From: an uncultured Verrucomicrobiae bacterium
GTDB lineage: Bacteria; Verrucomicrobiota; Verrucomicrobiia; Chthoniobacterales; UBA10450
Direction of reading: 5' to 3'
Length of the DNA: 64,000 nucleotides
Assembly (NCBI GenBank): GCA_963834385.1
Contig: CAWIBO010000002.1
Coordinates: 736,001 to 800,000 of the forward strand
A model generated the notes under the pieces. That model saw nothing but the letters and a program-made list of their open reading frames with translations. It did no database searches and had not been told where the DNA came from. Below are positions 44,983 through 61,633 of this stretch, in pieces. A program made the position numbers and the translations under genes. Position 1 is the first letter of the stretch. The number at the start of each line of letters is the position of its first letter.

Positions 44983-45837
44983 CTATTTCTCTTTCATCAG
45001 GCGCGCTCGCGCCCGGTCCAGCGCCTGCCGTTCGCCCGCGCTCAGGCTTCCAATGCCCGACTTCGATATCTTCTCGAGAATCGGGTCAATTGATTCGTGC
45101 ACATCGTCTCCGGTGGCGACCGAGGGACGGGCCGGGGTTTTCGGCACCACCTTGAACTTCGGCCGGGGCCGCAACGTTTCCCGGACCCGGGTGAACCAGG
45201 CCGGCTCCAAGCCGAGCCCGCGCTGGCGGACGAAAAGCCAGGCGACGCCGATACTGCTCCAAAGCACGAGGAGAGTGGACCAATCGTGCCCGGCGAGAGC
45301 GGCCAGGGTGCCGATGCCGGCGAGGATCGCGGCAATCCAGCGGGCCTGGAGGCGCAGCAGCAGTTCGACCGAGGGATAAATGGTGGCAAAGGCGACAAAC
45401 GCGCCGAAATGAATCGCGCTGGAACCGCCCAGGCCAAAACGGGCGAAGGGCGACGCGAGCAGGAGCAGAAAAACGGGTACGAACAGGAGGAGAAGATAGA
45501 GAGTGATGAAAGCTTTCCGCCCGAGAAAACGTTCCACCTCGCGGCCAAAGACAAAGAGTATGTACATCTCCACTGCGAACCAGAGCAACGCCGTCGCGGG
45601 ATAAGGCGGATGGACGAAGGCATAGGTCAACAGCTGCCAGAAATGGCCGGCTCCGATGACCTCGGCATTGTCGAAAACAAGCGCACTGAGAAAGGCGCCG
45701 CCGCCAAAAGCGAGGACCAGCGCCGCCACCACCATGCAGGCGACATGGACCGCCACCAGCAGCGTGGTGACGTGGAGGGGATACCGGCCGACCCACGCCA
45801 CCGGCTGGTAATCCTCCGAGGTGGTGACCCCGAACAT
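44983..45837 (-). CDS. Rhomboid-like membrane protein with C-terminal helical domain
   Basis: WQLLTYAFVH and GREVE..LG motifs; C-terminal IDPILEKISKSGI.SL. Confidence 0.75.
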   Translation of the reverse strand: MFGVTTSEDYQPVAWVGRYPLHVTTLLVAVHVACMVVAALVLAFGGGAFLSALVFDNAEVIGAGHFWQLLTYAFVHPPYPATALLWFAVEMYILFVFGREVERFLGRKAFITLYLLLLFVPVFLLLLASPFARFGLGGSSAIHFGAFVAFATIYPSVELLLRLQARWIAAILAGIGTLAALAGHDWSTLLVLWSSIGVAWLFVRQRGLGLEPAWFTRVRETLRPRPKFKVVPKTPARPSVATGDDVHESIDPILEKISKSGIGSLSAGERQALDRARARLMKEK

Positions 45838-45971
45838 GGTCCAATAAACGGCGCGTCCCTCTGCAACGCAAGAAGCGACGCCGCGGTGGCGCGCCGGAAA
45901 AATCACTTGGCCTTCCCGTTAAAGCAGGGAGAATTGTGCTCCCTTCGGCTGCCCCTCCGGCCGCTTCGCCT

Positions 45972-47784
45972 ATGACCAACCTTGCGCCTGCCATCTCGCC
46001 GCCCGCCGGAATCGGCGACAAAAAGTTCACCTTCCAGGAAGTCCTCGACTGGGTGCACGAGGTGGAGGCCCTGACCAATCCCGACAACATTTTCTGGTGC
46101 GACGGCTCGGAGAAGGAAAACGATTACCTCCTGGGAGAGGCCTGCCTCCAGGGCACCCTGCTCCAGCTTGACCAGGAGAAAAAACCGCGGTCCTACCTGC
46201 ACCGCTCCCATCCGAACGACGTCGCCCGGGTGGAACAGTTCACTCTCATCTGCACCCCGACAAAGGAGGAAGCCGGCCCGACCAACCACTGGGCCGACCC
46301 GGGCGAGACCTACACCCGGTTGAACGAGATGCTCAAGGGCGCGATGCGGGGTCGAACCCTCTTCGTCATTCCCTACATCATGGGGCCGCCCGGGTCGCCG
46401 CTGACCAAGGTCGGGTTTGAGATCACCGATTCCATCTACGTTGTCCTGAGCATGCGGATCATGGCCCGCATGGGGCAGGTGGCGCTCGACCTGCTCGAGG
46501 CCAAACCGGAGACGGAATGGAATCGCGGAACGCATTCCCTCCTCGAGCTGGACCCGACACGCCGCCTGATTTGCCATTTCCCGCAGGACAACGCGATCAT
46601 TTCGGTCGGCTCCGGTTACGGCGGGAATGTTCTTCTTTCCAAGAAGTGCCTGGCCTTGCGCATCGGCTCCTACCTGGCGCGGAAGCAGGGCTGGCTGGCC
46701 GAGCACATGCTCATCCTCGGGGTGGAATCGCCGGAGGGGGAAAAGACATTACGTCGCCGCCGCCTTCCCCAGCGCCTGCGGCAAAACCAATTTCGCCATG
46801 ATGATTCCTCCCGCCCGATTCAAGGGCTGGAAGGTCACCACCGTGGGCGACGACATCGCCTGGATGCAGATCGGCGACGACGGCCGTCTCTATGCCGTCA
46901 ATCCCGAGAACGGCTACTTCGGCGTCGTCCCGGGCACCAGTTACAAGTCGAACCCGAACGCGATGAAAGCGATCGAGCACGACACGCTTTACACCAATGT
47001 GGCCCTGACCGACGACGGCGATGTCTGGTGGGAAGGGAAGGATGGGGAACCGCCCGCGCACGCGATCGACTGGAAAGGGAACGACTGGACACCGGCCTCG
47101 CCGGAAAAAGCCGCGCACCCGAACAGCCGGTTCGCCGTGCCGCAAAGGAACAATCCCGCCCTCGACGCCAACGTCGAGAAGGCCGGCGGCGTGCCGATCA
47201 GCGCCATCATCTTTGGCGGCCGCCGAAGCGACACCATGCCCCTTGTCTTCCAGGCACGCGATTGGGCGCACGGCGTTTACGTCGGCGCGACCATGGGTTC
47301 GGAGATGACGGCGGCGGCGGTCGGCGGGATGGGACAGGTCCGGCGTGATCCGATGGCGATGCTCCCCTTCTGCGGTTACAACATGGGCCGCTACTTTCAG
47401 CACTGGCTCGAGATGGGGCCGCGGATCAAGGCGCAGCCCCTCATCTTTCACGTGAACTGGTTCCGCAAAGGCGAGGACGGCAAATTCCTCTGGCCGGGCT
47501 TCGGCGAAAACATGCGCGTGCTGAACTGGATTATCGACCGCGTGGAAGGTCGGGGCGGCGCAGCCGAGACCGAGATTGGTTTCATTCCCCGCCCGGAGGA
47601 TTTCGATCTCGAGGGTCTCGAGATCACGCGCGAGACCATGCGCGAGCTCTTCTCGATCAAGCCAGCGGAATGGAAAAAGGAACTCGACGCGCAAGGCGAG
47701 TTCTTCCAGACGCTCGGCCAGGATCTTCCCGAGGAGCTGCTCGCCCAGCGCGCCCGGCTCGAGAAGCGGTTCGCCGGCGCCTGA
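45972..47784 (+). CDS. pckG: Phosphoenolpyruvate carboxykinase (GTP) (apparent frameshift near 46742)
   Basis: DVARVE, GSGYGGN, WLAEHM, FPSACGKTN, VGDDIAW, HPNSRF and WPGFGEN motifs. Confidence 0.95.
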
Positions 47785-47885
47785 GGCGTTTTGCCGCGGG
47801 GTTTTCCCCTGCTGCCCTGGCGTTTTCCTGCATGGCCGCCGGGCTGTCCGGTTGCGTTCGCCGGGCGCTTCCCGGATACTCTCCG

Positions 47886-53909
<6,024 letters not shown>

Positions 53910-53913
<4 letters not shown>

Positions 53914-54854
53914 ACACCGCCGCCTATTACGTTCACCGCTTCGACCCGCTGATCGTCGAGATCGCGGAGGGCTACGGCCCGCGCTGGTATGGCATGGCCT
54001 ACGTCCTGGCTTTTGTCTCCGGCTATTTCGTCATGCGCTGGCTGGCGCGCAAGCGTTACGCCGAGCTGAGCGTTTCCCAGGTGGGCGATTTCATCACCTG
54101 GGCCGCGCTCTTCGGCGTCATGCTCGGCGGCCGGCTCGGTTACGTCCTCTTTTACCGCCCCGAGATGCTGCAGGAACCGCTTTCCATCCTGCGGGTCTGG
54201 GAGGGAGGCATGTCGAGCCATGGCGGCATGATTGGTATCGTCCTCTTCACCCTCTTTTACGCCCGGCGTTACCGGCTTTCCTGGACCAACCTCGGCGACA
54301 ATCTGGTCGTGGCCGCGCCGATCGGGCTTTTCTTCGGCCGCCTGGCGAATTTCATCAACGGCGAGCTTTATGGTCGCGCCAGCACCTGGCCCTGGGCGGT
54401 CCAGTTCCCGAAGGAAATGCTCGAGCCCGTCAACGTGGAGGTCGCCCGGCGCGCCGTCGCCGCTGCCCGGGAGATCGACCCGGCTCTGACCAGCCCGGCC
54501 GCCATCATCGATGTTCTGCCCGGCCGACCCGAGCTGGTGGAGGCGCTCCGTCCGATCCTGACGCCGCGGCATCCGTCACAGCTTTACGAGGCGTTGCTCG
54601 AGGGCCTGGTTCTCTTTCTTCTTCTCTGGTTCATGCGCACGCGCACCCGTGTCCCGAACGGCGTCCTTACCGGCGTCTTCTTTGTCGTCTACGCCCTCTT
54701 CCGCATCCTCGTCGAGTATCTCCGGGAACCGGACGCCGAGATGATCGGCGCCTTTACCCGCGGACAATTCTTCTCCTTTTTCCTCATCCTGATCGGCCTC
54801 GCCTTCATCAACTACGGGTTTCGCCATCCCTGGCGCGCGCCGCGTTTCCAATAG
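53910..54854 (+). CDS. lgt: Prolipoprotein diacylglyceryl transferase
   Basis: [32 protein letters not shown] and RHPSQLYE motifs. Confidence 0.95.
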
Positions 54855-54856
54855 CA

Positions 54857-55588
54857 ATGCGCCGGTCCGCGGCGGCGGTTTGCGCCTTTCTTCTCGTCTG
54901 CATGACTTCTGCCGAAGCCCGCCCGTTCGCCGTCGATCACTCCAGCGAAACCTTCTCGAGCGGAGATCGCCGTGTCCGTCTCGATCGTTTTACCCCGGTC
55001 GGACGGGACCGCCCACCGGTCGTGATTCTTCTCCACGGCGCCGGCGGCTGGTTCCTCGATGGGCCGGCCATTCGCCGCCTCGCGCGAACCCTCGCGGAAA
55101 ACGGCCTGACCGCGGTTGCCCTCCATTATTTTGATCGCACCGGCACCCTCTTTGCCCGGGGCGCGAGCATTGAGGAAAACTTCGGGGCCTGGCAGGCCAC
55201 CCTGGCCGACGCCATCACTCACGTCGCCGCCCAGCCCGGAATGGAAGGTCGGAAGATTGGCTGCTTCGGCTATTCCCTCGGCGCCTATCTTGCGCTGGCG
55301 CAGGGAGCGGAGGATCCCCGGCTCCACGCCGTGGCGGAGCTGGCCGGCGGCATCCGGTCGGCACGGCTTTCCCCGATCACGCGGCTGCCGCCCCTGCTCA
55401 TTCTTCACGGCGAACAGGACGAACGGATTCCCGTGGCCCGCGCCCGCGAACTGGAAACGCTTGCCACCCGGCTGGATCTTCCTTTCGCGATCACGATTTA
55501 TCCCGGGGAAGGACACGTCCTCAGCCGGGCGGCGCAGGAGGATGCCGGCCGGCGCGCGGTCGCTTTTTTCCGGAAGCACCTGGAATGA
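54857..55588 (+). CDS. Dienelactone hydrolase-like alpha/beta hydrolase
   Basis: LHGAGG, GYSLG nucleophile elbow, HGEQDERIP and YPGEGH motifs. Confidence 0.85.
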   Translation: MRRSAAAVCAFLLVCMTSAEARPFAVDHSSETFSSGDRRVRLDRFTPVGRDRPPVVILLHGAGGWFLDGPAIRRLARTLAENGLTAVALHYFDRTGTLFARGASIEENFGAWQATLADAITHVAAQPGMEGRKIGCFGYSLGAYLALAQGAEDPRLHAVAELAGGIRSARLSPITRLPPLLILHGEQDERIPVARARELETLATRLDLPFAITIYPGEGHVLSRAAQEDAGRRAVAFFRKHLE

Positions 55589-55687
55589 TCAGGGCCACCG
55601 CGCGCGGAGGGCGTTTGCCTGGCGATCAGACGCCCAGGCCACTCGGTTCTTTGATTTTCCCTGACCGCTCCTTTACAACCGTAATCA

Positions 55688-56437
55688 ATGCTCACGCTCT
55701 TCGCCGCCGGCGGTCTGACCTTTGCCTTCGAGCATTCCACCATCGCCGGGAAACTGATCCTGCTCGCGCTTTGCCTCGGCTCGATTTTTTCCTGGTCGGT
55801 CATGATCACGAAAATGCGCGTGGTCCAGTTTGCCCGGAAACAAACCGCGCGTTTCCGGGCGGAGTTCAAAAAGGACCGCCAGCCCCTGCGCCTTTTCGAG
55901 CAGAACGCCCGGTTCCCCGGCGCCCCGCTCTATAATGTCTACCGGGCCGGCTGCGAGGAGATGTCCTTTCACCTGCTTGGTTCGCCCGAGGTGGATGAGA
56001 CTTTTCGGGCCCGCCTTGGCGAGGCCGAGCGCATCACCCCGGCGCAGATGAGCGCGGTCAGCGCCGCCATGGAACGCGCCGTCGGCGAGACCGCCCTCCA
56101 GCTCGAGTCGCAGATGATCCTGCTCGCCTCGGCCGTGAGCGGCGCGCCTTTTCTCGGGTTGCTCGGCACGGTCTGGGGCGTCATGGACACCTTCACCGAC
56201 GTGGCCGTGGCCGGTTCGCCGAATCTTACCGCCATGGCGCCCGGCGTCTCGGGTGCGCTGATCACCACCGTGACCGCCCTGCTCGTCGCCATTCCCGCCA
56301 TGTTCGGTTACAACTATCTCGTTACCAGCATCCGCGGCATGATCGTCGAGATGGATAACTTCGCGGCCGAGCTGGCCTCCGAGTTTCAGCACAAATACGT
56401 GGATCACACCGCGCCGGTCCACTTCGAGGGCCGTTGA
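55688..56437 (+). CDS. MotA/TolQ/ExbB proton channel (TolQ-like)
   Basis: SIFSWSV, APFLGLLGTVWGVM and APGVSGALITT motifs. Confidence 0.9.
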   Translation: MLTLFAAGGLTFAFEHSTIAGKLILLALCLGSIFSWSVMITKMRVVQFARKQTARFRAEFKKDRQPLRLFEQNARFPGAPLYNVYRAGCEEMSFHLLGSPEVDETFRARLGEAERITPAQMSAVSAAMERAVGETALQLESQMILLASAVSGAPFLGLLGTVWGVMDTFTDVAVAGSPNLTAMAPGVSGALITTVTALLVAIPAMFGYNYLVTSIRGMIVEMDNFAAELASEFQHKYVDHTAPVHFEGR

Positions 56438-56439
56438 CC

Positions 56440-56862
56440 ATGCGCCGTTACGCCCAGCGATCCGGACTGACCACGCTCTCGGAGATCAACATCACGCCGT
56501 TGCTCGATCTCGCTTTCGTTCTCCTCATCATCTTCATCATCACCACGCCGCTCTTTGAAAGCAGCGCCAACCTCCAGATCCCCCGCAGCGCCGCCCCGGG
56601 CGCGCCGCTTGATCCCGCCGGGGTCCAGATCGTCTCTCTCGACCGCGATGGCGTTCTCCGATTGCAGGAGGAGGCGGTTACCACCGACATCCTCGTCGCG
56701 CGCCTCGCCGCTATCCGCCAGTCCAACCCGGAGGTGGCCGTGGTCATCCGGCCTGATCGCGCGCTTCCCGTGCAAAAACTGGTCAACGTCATGGATGCCG
56801 TCGCCCAAGCCGGGGTCGCCAAGGTGGGGATCGCCACCACCACGGCCGAAACCGCCCCGTGA
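56440..56862 (+). CDS. ExbD/TolR protein
   Basis: SEINITPLLDLAFVLLIIFIITTP motif. Confidence 0.9.
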   Translation: MRRYAQRSGLTTLSEINITPLLDLAFVLLIIFIITTPLFESSANLQIPRSAAPGAPLDPAGVQIVSLDRDGVLRLQEEAVTTDILVARLAAIRQSNPEVAVVIRPDRALPVQKLVNVMDAVAQAGVAKVGIATTTAETAP

Positions 56863-57746
56863 ATCGGCGTCGCCTTGTTTTCTGGCGCAACGTCACCCTC
56901 GTCGCTGCGGCGCATGCCGCCGTCTTCATCGGGCTAGCCCGCTGGGGCGACCAGCCTCGCCGCGCGGTTCCGCAGGAAGTGACCTGGCTGCAGGGGGCCG
57001 CTTCCCTCGCCGCCGTCGCTCCGGCCGCCGCCTCCGCCCCCGCACCCACACCCGAGGCCACCCCTTCGCCCTCGGCCACGCCCAGCCTTGATCAGATCGA
57101 ACTCCCCGCGCCCACCCCGGAGCCAACGCCCACGCCCGCCACCCCGGCGCCCACCGCCACACCGCGGCCCACGCCCAAGCCCACTTCCACGCCGGCCCCG
57201 ACGCGCACGCCGAAACCAAAAACAAAGGCCACGCCCAAGCCAACGCCGGTGAAGAAAAAGAGCGCGACCCCAAAGCCCAAATCCACCCCGAAACCTTCGC
57301 CAACTCCCGCAAAGAAAGCCTCACCCCGGCCGACAGCCACGCCTTCGCCCGAGGCCGAAGCCACCAAAGAGGCGGAGGCGCCCGCCGCGCCCGCTCCTTC
57401 CGCCGCCGGCACGGGCCGCGGCACCACCGGGCAGGGTTCGGGCGGCGCGGGAGCAAAGTCGGCCCTCGCGCTTTATCGCGGCATGTTGCACGACCGTTTC
57501 TTCAGTGCCTGGTCGCAGCCGACCACCTCGATTCCCGCGGGCGCCCGCCTTTCCACCCTGGTCCGCCTGCGCATTGAAAAAGACGGCCGCGTTTCCGCTT
57601 TCCGCATTGCCCGTTCCTCCGGCAACGTCGTGGTCGACGAATCGGTCTCAGCCGTGGCTGCGCGGGTGCCACGGGTCGATCCGCTGCCGCCGGGCCTTGC
57701 GGCGCCCTACGAGGTGAACATCAACTTCGAGCTCAACCCGGACTAG
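56859..57746 (+). CDS. TolA/TonB-like protein
   Basis: N-terminal TM with His, PT/PK-rich linker, C-terminal W..P...IEKDG.V...RSSG...VDES domain. Confidence 0.8.
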   Translation: MNRRRLVFWRNVTLVAAAHAAVFIGLARWGDQPRRAVPQEVTWLQGAASLAAVAPAAASAPAPTPEATPSPSATPSLDQIELPAPTPEPTPTPATPAPTATPRPTPKPTSTPAPTRTPKPKTKATPKPTPVKKKSATPKPKSTPKPSPTPAKKASPRPTATPSPEAEATKEAEAPAAPAPSAAGTGRGTTGQGSGGAGAKSALALYRGMLHDRFFSAWSQPTTSIPAGARLSTLVRLRIEKDGRVSAFRIARSSGNVVVDESVSAVAARVPRVDPLPPGLAAPYEVNINFELNPD

Positions 57747-57753
57747 CCTTGTT

Positions 57754-58779
57754 CTAAAGTAACGCGAGCGACCGTCCTTCCCGGTGCTGGACCTGGTCCA
57801 TGGTGCACTGGGCCGGCGCTTTCTCCCGCCGCCAGCGCAGGATGCGCGTTCCGTGGCGAAACCGATCCCCCGTGAAATGGTCGTAGGCGATCTCCACCAC
57901 CTCGGTCGGCCGGACCGCTTCCCATTCACCGGAGCGCGCCGTGCTCCAGCGACTTGGACCGCCCGGGGCATTACCCGTGAAGGCGGACTTCCCGCGCAGA
58001 GCTTCGAATTTTTTCGTCAACTCCCGCCGTTCGCTGGCTTTGAAGGCGGAAGAAAAGCCGACGTGATGCAGCAGGCCCTCGTCGTCGTAGAGGCCAAGGA
58101 GAAGCGACCCGATGACCCGCGCACCGGTGGCATACCGAAACCCGCCGATCACACAGTCGGCGCTCCGGATCTGCTTGATCTTGACCATGGCGGTGCGTTC
58201 GCCCGAGGCATAGGCCGCCTCCCGGTTCTTGGCCATGAGGCCATCAAGGTTCCCGCCCACTTTCGCGAACCACTTCTGCGCGCGACGCGGGTCGGTCGTG
58301 GCCGGCGAAAGTCGCACCGGCCCCTTTTTTCCAAATCCGCCGGCAAATTTTTCCAGCGCCACCCGGCGTTTTCGCAGCGGCTCGCCCACGAGTGATTTCC
58401 CGGTCGCGCTGACCAGCAGGTCAAAGGCGATGAAGAGGGCCGGGTGCGCCTCCGCCAGTTTCCTGACCCGACTGGCCGCGGGATGCAGCCGCAGTTGCAG
58501 TTCGTCGAAGGAAAAGGCGGAACCGATCGGAATGACCAGTTCGCCGTCGAGGACGAATCGTTTGGCCGGCAATTCCAGCAGGGCTGCGGCCGCGTCCGGG
58601 AAGTAACGCGCCAGCGGCTGGCCGGCCTTCGACTGCAGGAAAATGTCGTTACCATCGCGAAAGACGAGACAGCGAAAACCGTCCCACTTCGGCTCGTATT
58701 GCCACTGGTCGCCGGCCGGGATTTCCTCGACGGAGCGCGCCTCCATCGGGGGATACGGCGGTTTAAGCGGGAGACTCAC
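57754..58779 (-). CDS. ATP-dependent DNA ligase (LigC type)
   Basis: YEPKWDGFR adenylation motif, VLDGELV, FDLL, SLLLGLY and RFRHG...RWR..K motifs. Confidence 0.9.
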   Translation of the reverse strand: MSLPLKPPYPPMEARSVEEIPAGDQWQYEPKWDGFRCLVFRDGNDIFLQSKAGQPLARYFPDAAAALLELPAKRFVLDGELVIPIGSAFSFDELQLRLHPAASRVRKLAEAHPALFIAFDLLVSATGKSLVGEPLRKRRVALEKFAGGFGKKGPVRLSPATTDPRRAQKWFAKVGGNLDGLMAKNREAAYASGERTAMVKIKQIRSADCVIGGFRYATGARVIGSLLLGLYDDEGLLHHVGFSSAFKASERRELTKKFEALRGKSAFTGNAPGGPSRWSTARSGEWEAVRPTEVVEIAYDHFTGDRFRHGTRILRWRREKAPAQCTMDQVQHREGRSLALL

Positions 58780-59393
58780 TTGGGGTAGCGGCGCGGCGTC
58801 AGTTTCGGCGGCCGTCTTCCCTTTCGCACCGCCCCGGCCACGCAGATGTATGCCAGCTCGGTCCGGTCGACCGCGCAGCGCAGCAGGAGACCGCCACGGC
58901 TCATGTCCCCGCGCCCGACGAACTCGGCCGGAAATTTCAAGCGTTCGCCAAAGGTCTCGAGCAGGAGATCGACATACTTTCCCGTGGCAATGCTCCCGAG
59001 CAGGACAATCTCGGTCCCGGCCGCGGTTTCCGCCGCCAGTTTTCGCAGGTCCCGCTGCAAGGGACGCCGATAACGCGGGTCATCCGCCGCGATGTCGACC
59101 TGCCCGAAACTCCTGAGGTCAGCCAGCGTGATCATTGTGTGCGCCGGGAGCAGACCGCGATTCGGCGTGATCACCAACACCTGGCCCGCCGGCCCGGCAA
59201 AGGCCTCGGCGTAGGCCATCTTCCCGCGAAAATAAAGGCCGCTCAGGAAGGTAAACGCTTCCGCCAGGGTCACCCCCTCCGCGCTGCGCAGGCGCGCTGC
59301 CAATGGAAATTTTGCCTCCGGCCGGAGCATCAGCCGGGCGCGCTCCCCGCCGGCATACGCGGGCGAAAGCAAAAAAATCCGTGATTCCGGCAT
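58776..59393 (-). CDS. Hypothetical protein coupled to the ligase gene
   Basis: 205-aa ORF with 4-nt overlap; FLLSPA, LSGLYFRGK, VLLGSIATGKY and GRGDMSRGGLLLR look like conserved blocks. Confidence 0.75.
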   Translation of the reverse strand: MPESRIFLLSPAYAGGERARLMLRPEAKFPLAARLRSAEGVTLAEAFTFLSGLYFRGKMAYAEAFAGPAGQVLVITPNRGLLPAHTMITLADLRSFGQVDIAADDPRYRRPLQRDLRKLAAETAAGTEIVLLGSIATGKYVDLLLETFGERLKFPAEFVGRGDMSRGGLLLRCAVDRTELAYICVAGAVRKGRRPPKLTPRRYPK

Positions 59394-59497
59394 GGCGATG
59401 CACCTTAGCGCGACGGTCGCGGCGCGGAAACCCGCACCTGTTGCAGTCTCGCCCTCCGCACGGAACCTTGGCCGATGCCAGCCGGAGAACGTTTTTC

Positions 59498-60769
59498 GTG
59501 AACATCCTGGTCGTGGGCGGCGGCGGCCGCGAGCACGCGCTCGTCTGGAAGCTCGCGCAATCTCCCGCCGTGAAGAAAATCTTCTGCGCTCCGGGCAATG
59601 CCGGCACGGCGGCTCTGGCGGAGAACGTGAACATTCCGGCAGCCGACCTCGCCGGGCTGCGCCAGTTTGCCCGCGAACGCCGGATCGATCTTGCCGTGGT
59701 CGGCCCGGACGACCCGCTGGCCGCCGGGATCGTGGATGAATTCGAGGCCGAAGGCCTGCGCGTCTTCGGCCCCAGCCGAAGCGCCGCCCGGCTCGAGGCC
59801 TCGAAGATATTCGCCAAGGAGCTGATGCAGGCGCGCGGCGTTCCCACCGCCCGGGCGGAAACGTTTTCCGACGCGGACGCGGCCCGGCAATTCTGCGCGG
59901 GCGCCTCTTATCCGCTGGTCCTGAAAGCGGACGGACTCGCGTTGGGCAAGGGCGTTATCATCGCGGACAACCGGGCAACGGCGGAGGAGACCGTCTCGGC
60001 CGCGATGGAAAAGGACCAGTTCGGGGAAGCCGGGCGCCGCCTTGTCCTCGAGGAATTTTTGCGCGGATGGGAATGTTCCCTGCACGCGCTCGTCTGCGGC
60101 GAAGAATTTCTCATGCTGGCGGCGGCGCGCGACCATAAGCGGGCCCACGACGGCAACACCGGCCCCAACACCGGCGGCATGGGGGCGGTCAGCCCGGCCG
60201 AAGCGTGGGACGCCGGTTTGCAGGAACGTTTCGAAACGGAGATCATGCGGCCGCTGCTGCGCGGTTTGCAGGAGCGCGGGATCGTCTTTCGCGGTCTGCT
60301 TTTCCCCGGGCTGATGGTAACGGCCGACGGTCCGCACGTCCTCGAGTTCAACTGCCGGTTCGGCGATCCGGAAACCCAGGTGATCCTCCCACGCCTGCAA
60401 TCGGATCTTCTGCCGCTGCTTGAGGCGACCCTCGACGGCAAACTGGCCGCGCAACGTCCGGCCTGGGATGCGCGCGCCGCCGTTACCGTGGTCATGGCCT
60501 CCGGCGGTTATCCCGGCAAATACGAAACGGGCAAGACCATCACCGGTCTCGACCAGGCCGCGGCGCTGCCTGATGTGCTCGTTTTTCATGCCGGGACCAG
60601 GCACGAGGGCGATAAAATCGTCACGGCCGGTGGACGCGTGCTCGCGGTGACCGCGCTGGGCAAGACCGCCGCCGAGGCGCGCGCGCAGGCCTACGCCGCG
60701 GTCGCCGAGATTCGCTTCGAAGGCGCGTTTTATCGGCGCGACATCGGCGCTTTTTCTTCCACGCCGTAA
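59498..60769 (+). CDS. purD: Phosphoribosylamine-glycine ligase
   Basis: GGGGREHAL, APGNAG, KADGLALGKGV, GPNTGGMG and EFNCRFGDPETQ motifs. Confidence 0.95.
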   Translation: MNILVVGGGGREHALVWKLAQSPAVKKIFCAPGNAGTAALAENVNIPAADLAGLRQFARERRIDLAVVGPDDPLAAGIVDEFEAEGLRVFGPSRSAARLEASKIFAKELMQARGVPTARAETFSDADAARQFCAGASYPLVLKADGLALGKGVIIADNRATAEETVSAAMEKDQFGEAGRRLVLEEFLRGWECSLHALVCGEEFLMLAAARDHKRAHDGNTGPNTGGMGAVSPAEAWDAGLQERFETEIMRPLLRGLQERGIVFRGLLFPGLMVTADGPHVLEFNCRFGDPETQVILPRLQSDLLPLLEATLDGKLAAQRPAWDARAAVTVVMASGGYPGKYETGKTITGLDQAAALPDVLVFHAGTRHEGDKIVTAGGRVLAVTALGKTAAEARAQAYAAVAEIRFEGAFYRRDIGAFSSTP

Positions 60770-60849
60770 ATATCACCTGGCCGCCCACGCAACGCGCGAG
60801 CCTTGTCGTCTGGCCATCCCCGCCCGTTTCGGCTATGATTTCCTTTGCC

Positions 60850-61563
60850 GTGAATCCGCTGGAAGAACGAATCGGACACAAGTTTCGCAACCCGCTGTTG
60901 CTGGCCGAAGCGCTCACGCACGCCAGCCTTGGTCACGAGACCGAGCGTCGCCATTTCGACAATCAGCGCCTAGAGTTTCTCGGCGACGCCGTCCTGCAGC
61001 TCGCCATCACCGAATATCTCTACGGTCATTTCCAGGGCGCGCCCGAGGGGCACCTGACCAAGCTGCGCTCGCGCCTGGTCTCGCGTGACAGTTTGAAGCG
61101 GCACGCGGCGCAGCTCGACCTGGGCAACTGCCTCATGCTGGGGCGGGGCGAGGAGGTGAGCGGCGGCCGTCACCGCGCCTCCACCCTGGCCGACAGCTAC
61201 GAGGCGCTGATCGGCGCCCTTTATCTCGACAGTGATTTCGCCACGGCCCGCCGTTTCATCCTCGAGCAGATGGCCGGCGATCTGGCGCGCCTGAAGGAGG
61301 AACCGGTCGACATCAACCCGAAAGGCGAACTGCAGGAATTGCTCCAGGCCATTTCCCCGACCAGTCCCATTTACGAGGTCATCTCCCAAAGCGGACCCGA
61401 GCACGAGAAGACCTTTTCCGTCCGGGTGCTCTGGGAAGGCGAGAAGCTGGGCGAAGGCACCGGTCGCAGCAAGAAACAGGCGGAAACGGCTGCGGCCCGG
61501 CAGGCCCTCGAACAAAAGGTCTGGGAAGGAATGACCTTGGTGACGGAGAAATCCGGCGTTTGA
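60850..61563 (+). CDS. rnc: Ribonuclease III
   Basis: ALTHAS, NQRLEFLGDAVL, LADSYEALIGALYLD and dsRBD (GPEHEK.F, G.SKKQAE). Confidence 0.95.
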   Translation: MNPLEERIGHKFRNPLLLAEALTHASLGHETERRHFDNQRLEFLGDAVLQLAITEYLYGHFQGAPEGHLTKLRSRLVSRDSLKRHAAQLDLGNCLMLGRGEEVSGGRHRASTLADSYEALIGALYLDSDFATARRFILEQMAGDLARLKEEPVDINPKGELQELLQAISPTSPIYEVISQSGPEHEKTFSVRVLWEGEKLGEGTGRSKKQAETAAARQALEQKVWEGMTLVTEKSGV

Positions 61564-61633
61564 AAGAGCGCGTTGTCCTCAGAACCGCGTCGTTGCCTTT
61601 CGGTCAAGAGCCGTGCGCTTCCCGATGTTTATA

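Noticed and set aside
57040..57400. PT/PK-coding repeats in the TolA/TonB-like gene as a DNA repeat element
   Set aside because: This is an ordinary low-complexity periplasmic linker.
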